Origin: Peribolospora baueri
Taxonomy: Eukaryota
Assembly (NCBI GenBank): GCA_029717555.1
Contig: JAMDHS010000087.1
Coordinates: forward strand, 62,001-84,015
Reading direction: 5' to 3'
Length of the DNA stretch: 22,015 bases
Made by a program: the position numbers and the translations under genes. Every line of letters begins with the position of its first letter. The stretch's first letter is position 1. Of the stretch, positions 11,001-19,300 are shown in pieces. A model generated the notes under the pieces. That model had not been told where the DNA came from. It did not search any database and was given only the letters and a program-made list of their open reading frames with translations.

Positions 11001-13751
11001 AAATGCTAAAGCGACTCACTTCGATGCAGTCGATCGCTGTCTTCTCCCGGTCCACGATGACAGCATCCGCATTTCTTCCCAGGACGGTCGCGACGGCAGC
11101 CTCGTACTTGCGCTGCGTGGGCTTGCACAGATCTATGACACGGCCTTGCACGCCTGTCCGGATGAGGTACAAGCAATAACGTCCTCGTTAGTTGCCAGAT
11201 ACAAGACAAGTGGACACAAACAGCTATGAATACAGACGCAAAAGAACGCTACTCACCAGGGAAAATCTTCTGCAACGAAGCGAAAATCTCCTTGAGCTTA
11301 GACTCGCGCTCCGACTCCTTCTGGTCCACGCGGGCTTGGAGAAGCTTGTTGTAGCAGTCTTGCAGTTTCTCGTTCAGCTCGGTCTCGATTTGGCTATGGA
11401 GAGTCGTCGCAAGCAACGCGTCAGCTCGAGTTGTTTCAACGAGTTGCCTCCTTGCCATTGAAACGGCAGCCAAGGCGGAGACGAAAACGACGACAACCAC
11501 GACCGCCTGCTCACCTGATCCTCGTCCTCTCCGCCTGTGCCCCATTCAAATTCTGCTTGGCCTTAGCCAGGCCATCTTGAGTCTCCTTAATCCTGGTCTG
11601 CAAACTAAGGTTGCGCTCGTTCAGAGTTTCTTGCTCAGCAGCGAGTTTGGACTTCCGTCGGTTCAGCTCCTCGAGCTTGTCCTTGAGACTGGCAAGCGTG
11701 CTGTCCTTCGTCTTCCGTTCGCGATACAGCGTTTCCAGCTGTTGACGTTCCGCCGTCGCGCGAAGACTCGCTTCGGCTTTCCTGCGGGAATGGGAAGCGC
11801 AAAGTCGTCAGCGGGTCTGGGGCTACAAGCAACCTTACGGTTTCCTGTGTTCCAATCCATTCACTCACTTCTCTCGGTATTCATTCCGGTCAGCCTCGCT
11901 GAGCGCCATGCCAGATTCAGCAGCTTGCCTTGCCGCGGCTGCGCAATGCCGAGGTCGGTGAATAGATCAGCAACAACACACACACATGCACGCAGAGAAA
12001 GGCAGTTCTCGCTCACCGTCAGCCCGGTCAGCAGCCCTTCGAACCTGATCGAGCTCAGCACGCAACTGCTGCAAGCTCCTCGCCTGTCTCTCCTCGTCTT
12101 TCTGCACGCGCTCGTGTAGCGTCTCGGCGTTGTTCGATTTTCGCACGCTGTGTGCGATCTTTTCATCCACTGCCACGAGCTCCGGGCGCTGTGAGTCGAG
12201 TCGTCGAGAAGTGAATTGTTAAGGTCAGACAGGCCGGGGAATGATTCAAGTGGGCGCACACATACCTTGTCCTCGAGGTCCTTTTCCTTCCTCTTGATGT
12301 CCTTCTCCTTCCTCATCGTCTCCTTATGAGCTTGGGCCTGCTCCTTTCTAGCCTCTCTCAAGTGTCGCTCCTGCCTGTTTACCTCCGCTCGCAGACCGGC
12401 AAGCTCATCGTTTTTGGCATTGATGCGTCCAGTGTTGGATGAGATGCCATCGTTGATGTGGAATAGACGCCAAAGTAGGTGGAGGAGGATGGCACGCTCC
12501 TGAAGGGATGAGGATGGGTAAACAGAATGAGGGCGAGCAAGTCAGCTTCTCCACAGCCACCATCACGGAATCCCTTTGCGCCGCCAAGGTCATCCGCAAG
12601 GGATAGAATCGAAAACGGACCTTGTCCCTCTGTAGCCTCTCAAACTTCTCCGCTTCTGTCTTCTGCTCCCTGAACTGCTTCAGCTCTGAGTTGATTCCCC
12701 TCCGCTTGCTAAAGCTGAATGTCGAGTTTTCGACCGCGCGCTCTTGCGCAAGCTTTGCGCGCTCATAATCCTCTTTGAGCTCCAAAGACCTACGGAAAGA
12801 GGTGGGGTGAAGCGCGTTCAGTTTAGGGAACATACAGCAAGGAGAGAATTGATGGATTTGACATGGACAAGAAAAGAAAGAGACATGACACTCACCCACT
12901 GATCTGCTCGATGAGCCTGGTAAGGTCCTTGGGACTCTGACTAGCGATGGCTTCCACGTCTCCCTGGAAAACGAGGAAGTTCTTGGCCTTGATGAGGATG
13001 TTATGCTGCTCGAGTGTTGAGTTGTACTTCGCATACGCGACCGCTCGGCCGTTGAGACGGTATTCAGAGGAACCAGAAGCGGAGATCCTTAGTTGATGCG
13101 GCAGCGACGAGCGATGAAAAGGAGGCTGGAAGGTTAACGAACAGGACTAAGGATGAAGAGGGCACTAGAGACTGAACGACTCACGTCCTCTGAAAACGCC
13201 ACTCCTTCCCACTACCGTCCTTATAAACGGCCGTAACGCTCGCAGTCGTAGCAGTGCCCTCTCCTTCTCCTCTGCCTTCTCCCTCCCCCTCCTCCCCTCC
13301 CTCCGCGGCCCCTCCGGCTCCCAGCTTCCGACCTCGATAGATGAGGTCCTTAAGCTGGGAGGAACGCAATTGAGCGGACTTCACGCCTAGCACGAAGGAG
13401 ATAGCATCCATAAGATTGCTAGGATCACGATGAGAGAGGGAAGCCCGGAAGGAGAAAGAAGGCACGATCGGTCGCGAGGACGGAAAACAGGTCAGTAAGT
13501 GAAAAAGCCGATGCATTTCCGATGCAAACGAACAACGGAACGAGACCCTCTCCAAAGGAATAAAAGGGCAGGAGAGGAGCGAAGCAAGACACGAGAGAAA
13601 CGAGCGGCCCATATCGATCTTCGAACTTGGCGACTCACCTCTTGCCGCTCCCATTGGGCCCGATTACGCACGTAAAGTCGTAGAAGGGGCCGATGACCTT
13701 CTTGCCCCTGTACGACTTGAAGTTTTCCAACTCTAGGTGGACGAGCGGCAT
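8051..13751 (-). CDS. SMC1: Cohesin subunit SMC1 (SMC ATPase), about 1,240 aa, 21 exons
   Basis: Recognised motifs: N-terminal head [16 protein letters not shown]...[20 protein letters not shown] (Walker A); [23 protein letters not shown]; hinge [12 protein letters not shown]...[10 protein letters not shown]...[18 protein letters not shown]; signature [29 protein letters not shown]; Walker [14 protein letters not shown]. Exons: 13751-13639, 13418-13185, 13087-12896, 12789-12621, 12499-12266, 12188-12017, 11938-11869, 11781-11515, 11393-11257, 11153-11020, 10926-10689, 10571-10470, 10394-10255, 10171-9873, 9794-9509, 9404-9288, 9211-8886, 8816-8690, 8616-8492, 8399-8201, 8092-8051. Total 3,723 nt, all introns GT-AG, frame continuous. 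Confidence 0.97.
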
Positions 13752-14042
13752 TTTCGGATTTGACCTTTGGGAGTGCGTGAAGGGTGGGTGTGTGCGACGG
13801 AGGAAGAGGGAACGCCGGGGAGGGGAAGGGAGCGGGGATGAGATATGCGCCGCCCAGTACCCGCGAGAGGCTCTTGAAAAGGGAAAGAGCAAATGGAGTG
13901 ATGCGAAACAGAAAATTTTACAAAGCGAAATGAAGAGGACGCTGACGAGGGGTCGACGGCGTCGGCGAACTGTAGAGTGGAAGGAAGAGGAGGATGGGAG
14001 TAGGATGGGAGTGAGGATCCGAGGCGAGGCGACGCTGCTCGG

Positions 14043-14131
14043 CGCGCCTCTCAACGCGCCGCGTCTGGTCTCGGCTACGCGTCAAGTTCCGCCGTCGACT
14101 ACTTCGCCTAGCCGAGTCGACCTCCACGCGA
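14043..14131. promoter_or_regulatory. Candidate MCB (MluI cell-cycle box)-like cluster upstream of SMC1
   Basis: ACGCGT at 14077-14082, ACGCG at 14054-14058, CGCGT at 14060-14064 and ACGCGA at 14126-14131, about 300-380 nt upstream of the SMC1 ATG. The high GC background weakens the signal. Confidence 0.4.
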
Positions 14132-14399
14132 GATTGCCCTTCCTCAAATAAACTCCATTCTTTCATTCGAGATGACGAGTGGCTGACTGGCTTCCTTAAC
14201 AGATCCGGCGGATCGGCAGTGCCAGGATCGTAGACGAAAATGACATCGCTAGTGAGATATGCGGATTCGCTCCAAAGCTTGTTTGCACGGGCGGCTCAGA
14301 GAAGAGAGGCGAACAGATCCAATCGAAGAGGGTCGAAAGGAGCAAGGACGGAGGAGGTCGATGTTCCAAATAAACCGAAGAGTACCTATCCTACGACAC

Positions 14400-16006
14400 C
14401 TACTTCTTCCTCCGCTCTTTCATGCGGCTAAGCAGCACGCCTGTGCAGCTCGCCAAGGCCTCCGCCTCTCCCACTTCCTTCTTGGCTCTCGCTGTGTTCC
14501 CCGTCCCCGTCCCTTTCTCCACGCCCTCCTGACCTTCACCCTCCGCTCCGCTGCCCCCGTCATCAGCTAGCGCGAACCCACCCCCGCCCCACCGAATTTT
14601 GCCCTCCGGCCCGACGAGGTAAACGTAGCCCACGTGCTTGTTCTCCATGCCCATCGGCTCGCGGAGGTACTCCATGTTTTGCGAGGATAGCAGGTAAGTA
14701 CGCTGTTGGGTTTCGGGCACGGTACGACGGAGGGAGGAGAGGAAGAAGGTCACGAGGAGGGATTTGAGCGGGTTCTCTTGAAGATTGATCTGCAGTGCGG
14801 TCGAAGGACCGCAGAACAGGAATGGAAGCAGAGATGGGCGAATCGGAGCAAACGGGATGAGTCAGAGCAATAAACAAGGATAGTCGGGATTGACATGTCA
14901 CTCGCCTGGATGAATTGAAAGTCCGAGTCTTTGCTGTAAGCGCGCAGGGTAGGTTCCACGAAGCTCTTGACATGCTCCTGAGTCGTGGGAGGGGGTGGGA
15001 TGCGATAAAGAGAGATATTGTCAGTAAGAGAGATGAATGCCCCTGCCTCTCTCTTCCTAGGCATTGCGTCACTCCGCTACACCAGCATCATATCATTACC
15101 AACAAGACTCACTTCGGACATCCTACTCCCCAAAAACGCAACGATGGACACCTTGCTCTGGATCATATCAGCCAAATGTACTGAGGAGCGGTCGGAGAGG
15201 GTCACTCCACTGACGTCAGGGATGTAGAGTGCTTTCTAGGAGGGGGGAAAGGACGTGGTAGAAATGAAACAAGGCTCAGCCAAATCAGATTTTGGGTCTC
15301 CACGAGAGCACCGTTAATCGGAAGAGCAACCGGTCCGATGCGCTCCCGCCTCCCTCAGCGACTCACGTCCTCGCGTATCAAGGTGGTGGGCGACCTCCAC
15401 GTCTTACCGCCATGTGCGCGCAGCCTGTGAAAGTCGTGAAAATAGCCTTTCGTGGCCTCTTTCACGCTGCGAGACGTCAGAGGCAGGCGTTTCCCAGAAG
15501 ATTCAGTGTGCGAAATTCATAGGAGCATGCATTGGGGGAAAGAAGCGCAAATCGGAGGGCCGCGCTCACATGTGCCTCCTCTTTGCCATGTGTAAATCCC
15601 TATCCAATAGCTCCGCCCTCTTCTCCTCCCAAGTTTTCTTCCTCGACGTCGGCGGGTCGGGCAGGCCTAACGCCCGGTCGAGGTAGGGTAGAGGTTGGTC
15701 TCGGAGCTGGGCTATTTCCTCCACGAGCGTCGCCGGTGGTGGTCGTTTTTGATTTGGCTGTGGGGTTGGTGCTTGCGCGGAAGGTTGCGCAGAGGTGGAG
15801 GGCGGACGTGCGGACGAGGAGGACGGGGAGGAGGAGGAGCTGGTGCCGTAGCAGCGAGAGCACGGGGACGTCGAGGAGCTAGAGGGTGCGCGCGCGAAGA
15901 AGGGCACCGACCGAGGAAAAGTGGCTGCAATTAGCACACCAAACGAGGAGGTCGGCGGCGCCGACGCGAGGCGGAGAGAGAAGAGAGGAGGCCTCATGAC
16001 CACCAT
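14400..16006 (-). CDS. ATP10: Mitochondrial F1Fo ATP synthase assembly factor Atp10, about 373 aa, 5 exons
   Basis: Exons 16006-15570, 15466-15367, 15235-15113, 14977-14906, 14789-14400 (1,122 nt). Motifs: R/S-rich presequence, RALGLPDPP, GYFHDFHRLRAHGGKTWRSPTTLIREDKALYIPD, QFIQINLQENPLK, MGMENKHVGYVYLVGPEGKIRWGGGG. The ATG context is CACCATGG. Confidence 0.93.
14790..14905 (-). other. Non-canonical GC-AG intron (ATP10 intron 4)
   Basis: The minus strand reads ATC CAG|gcgagt...ctgcag|ATC AAT CTT. This GC donor restores the QFIQ-INLQEN frame; the nearby GT is out of phase. Confidence 0.8.
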
Positions 16007-16366
16007 GGTGAGGCCGTATTCTCGCTTGGCGTACGAAGAGGAGAGAGACTTGCACACCTCGATGTCCGGAACACTGGTACAGACTGCGGCATCCCTCCCG
16101 GAAGATAAACCTGCGGTGGGCCTTTTGAAATGACATTTCAATATTGGCCTTTAAATTAGCCCGTCTTCGCCGCATCCGGGCCAGAGATCGGCCAAGGTGA
16201 CCGCCGCAGTCCGGCGACCGCCCCGCCGGCTCTCTTCTCCTCGTCTTCCTTCTCTATCCCCTCTTCCAGTCGCAGATCGTTTCAGAAGGACGGCGGACAA
16301 ACCGGAGCAAGGGAGAGTTCACTCAAGCGCGTCTCTGTCTCTGCTTGCCTCACCAATCCACCCGGC
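16007..16366. promoter_or_regulatory. Short bidirectional promoter region between ATP10 and the Ipa1/UBE3D-like gene
   Basis: The two ATGs (16006 minus, 16367 plus) are head-to-head, 360 nt apart. An AT-rich core (ttttgaaatgacatttcaatattggcctttaaatt, about 16123-16158) is flanked by pyrimidine-rich tracts on each transcribed strand. Confidence 0.6.
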
Positions 16367-19300
16367 ATGGCCACCCTCGAGCGACCACGTCCGGCGGCCG
16401 CGTCAGTCGCGAGTACCACCATGGGTTCGCCCTCCGTCCGTGACCCTTCCACCATCGTCCTTCCCTCCGTACCTACCGCTCCTCTCCACGGCGGTGCTAC
16501 TGTGATGGGGAACCAACCGGGGACAAATGGGACGGCGGCGGTGGAGGAGGAGGAGAGCCAGATCTTGGAAGAATTGGGAAGGGAGCCTTTGGAGGACGAA
16601 GGATTCGACGAGTCGCAAGAGAGGGCTAAGGCTGTCAACGGAAGGACGAATGGGGCCGAGGTAAGGGAGCAGGAGAGCAACGGGCGATCTCTCGTGACAT
16701 GCGGCACATTTCGTGCTAATTATGCTGATATTGCTCAAACTTGCCGCTTCGTGCCATTCCGTTTGACAGGCCGATCCGTCGGCCAATGTGAACCTGAGGA
16801 TCAACGCGCACCAAGTGTCCGCTCTGCCAAAGGTGTGTATGTCCCCTTTTGGGTTTCTTTGGCTTATTATCATGCGAACAGGTCACATAGATGTATTCGA
16901 ACTAAACACTTTGCCTTCTTCTCGTCACTCATTGACTCACAGGACGTAGCTGCTTCTCTCTCTTCGCTCCAACTAGCGGCGCTCCTCGCCTTGCGAGACC
17001 TGCTCAACTCGGCGCTCGCACGGGCCAATATGTCCCCCAGCTCGAGCTCGGAGGAGGACCGGGCGTTGCTGCGATCTCTGCTTTCAAGCCTTCAGCAGCT
17101 CGAGGAGGCGCAAGCTTCGCCTCTGAGCTCCGCGCCCGAGACTCCCACTGCCCCCACCTCCGCACCTGGTCCTTCGGCTCCAGTCTCAACCTTACCGTCC
17201 CCTTCCGAAGCCACGCCGACATCCCACGCCGGGGTCGCCCAGAAGATCTCTGCCTTCTCCGACTCCTTCGCCCAAGTACCTGTCGCGCACCTCTCCCAGC
17301 TCGAAATGGACTTGAGCACGGCGCTATGCGCCCTTCTAAGAGCTGTCGTGCACCTTAGTAGAGCGAGGAACCCCATGCTAGGGCGCAGGGCACGTTCTCG
17401 GCCTTCTTCTTTCATCAGTTCCGGAGGTTCCATCGTCGGTGCGGGCACAAGACCTCGCTCCGCCACTCAGAGTACTATTTTTGGTTCCTTCTCGGGCGTC
17501 AACAATGGAACCATGGGTGCAGATGTTTTCGACAGTTTGCATCGCTCCATGCTCTCGTTCCAGCAGTCTTCTTCTCCCACCAGCCCGCTCGATGAAGAGG
17601 GTCGTCCGACGAGCGGAAACGAGCAAGCTCGAGCGGAGGAAGCATGGGCACAGATTGATTTGCTCCTCGGTGTCGTCAGCTCTCTCGTCGCTCAGCAGCG
17701 GGCCGAGTCCGCTGCCCCCGGTGACGATTCTGGAGATGTCGATCCGGGCATTACGGTCCCCCCCCGCCGAGCGTCGATGCAGCTGCCGGACGCTGGGGCC
17801 GGCGGAGTACACGTTGTACAAGAGGTGGAAGAACCCGTCGAGTCCATCTCTGACGTTCTTGGGTCTCCTCTTCCCGCGCCGGCGCTAGCCACACCCCACC
17901 CAGGAGAAGCGCGTCTCGAACCGCGCGCCTCTGTGGACACGACCGTCACAGACACGCGCACCCTTAGCGGCTCTTTTGCGTCGGCGGCCCTGTCTGGCGG
18001 AGCCCGGTCTCTTTCCCTCCCTCCAAGCTATTCGTACTCGTACGAACTCGGCAGCCAGGGAAGCGTCGTCGGCGTCCCTCCTGCCTACGACTCTGTGAGA
18101 CTCAGCAAGGAGCTCCATGACTCGGAGAAGGCGGAGAAGGCCTCTTTTGATGAGGGTGGAGCGCAGGGGACAGGGGAAAAGGCGGCTATGAAAGCGGGGA
18201 GGAGAAGCTCCACGGCTACACGAGCGGATCGGCACGCCTCGTGGCTTGACTCGGCCATAGCAGGCGAGGGAACGTCCACAGGTGCCGCCCTAGCTGCCGA
18301 ACGTGCCGCCGCTCGTCGAGCGGAGATCGCGTCGCTGCTTGCTCAGAAAACTATGCACGACCTCAGCCTCGTCCAGGACGCCATCACGCACCTCTACGTG
18401 GTTGCGCCGCAGCTCTCAAACCAGCGCGTGGAAGTGAGCGGGCGCAAGGAGAGGGAGATGCACTTCCTCAGGCTGGGTGCCTTGGTGGATAGGTTAGGCA
18501 GGGGGGGGAGGATGGAGGATCAGAGGGTCGAGATGCCTCAGAGCGTTTCTGCAGCTGCGGCGGCCGCGACGAGGGATGCGTCTGCGAGTGTCGCGACGGG
18601 CTCAGGCGCACTCAAGGAGAAAGAGGCTGTGGGGGCGTCCCGCAGCTCGACGCTCAGCATCGCCAACCGGCGAATGTCCGCCCCCCTTTCTCTTGCCCGT
18701 GCCGCCTCCGCCGCCCTATCGGGAGGTTCATTTTCTAAGGGCAAGGAAAAGGAGCTGTCGTCGACCGCCGCAGCTGCGCAGGAGGAAGATCAGATAGAGG
18801 ATATCTTGGTTCGGCTCATCGCTGTGCAGGGGAGGCGCATGGGTGATCAGAGGGCCGAGTTGGGAAGGAGGCAGGTGGAGGCTGGCCGAAAGGGCACGGT
18901 GGAGGTGAGTGGGGTAGAGCTTCCGCGACATGCGAGAGGGTTGGGGAAAGACGGCCGAAGTCCACTATGGTGCTGATGTTCACCGACATTTTTGGGGCGG
19001 ATCGATCCAGCGACGCGAGGCCATGGAGGAGCGAGAAGACTTCCTCTCAGGCCTGATCGTACGCTCGTCCTCGGGCCGACTGGGTACTCAAGACTTCGTC
19101 AAGAGCGGGTCTGTTCCCTCCAGCCAGACCGCCTCGCGCCCGCGCTTCGGCGCCCAAAGGCAGACACCCTCGGCGCACGGGCAAGGTCAGGAAAATTTTC
19201 TGAGTACCCGGATGGATTCGCAACCTGCAAAGGAGGAGGACGGTGCTGAGAATGAGAATCCGGCAACGAACAAAGGGAAGGCCTCCGATGTGAGTCCAGG

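Noticed and set aside
11515..11560. Apparent frameshift in SMC1 suggested by fragmented ORFs
   Set aside because: Careful reading gives a continuous frame ([19 protein letters not shown]); all 21 exons sum to a multiple of three.
13255..13325. Gly/Glu-rich stretch in the SMC1 N-terminal head
   Set aside because: A variable loop after DLIYRG is usual in fungal Smc1 proteins.
13419..13638. Longer SMC1 intron 1 (220 nt) as a possible snoRNA host
   Set aside because: No C/D boxes or H/ACA hairpin architecture visible; mostly pyrimidine-rich filler.
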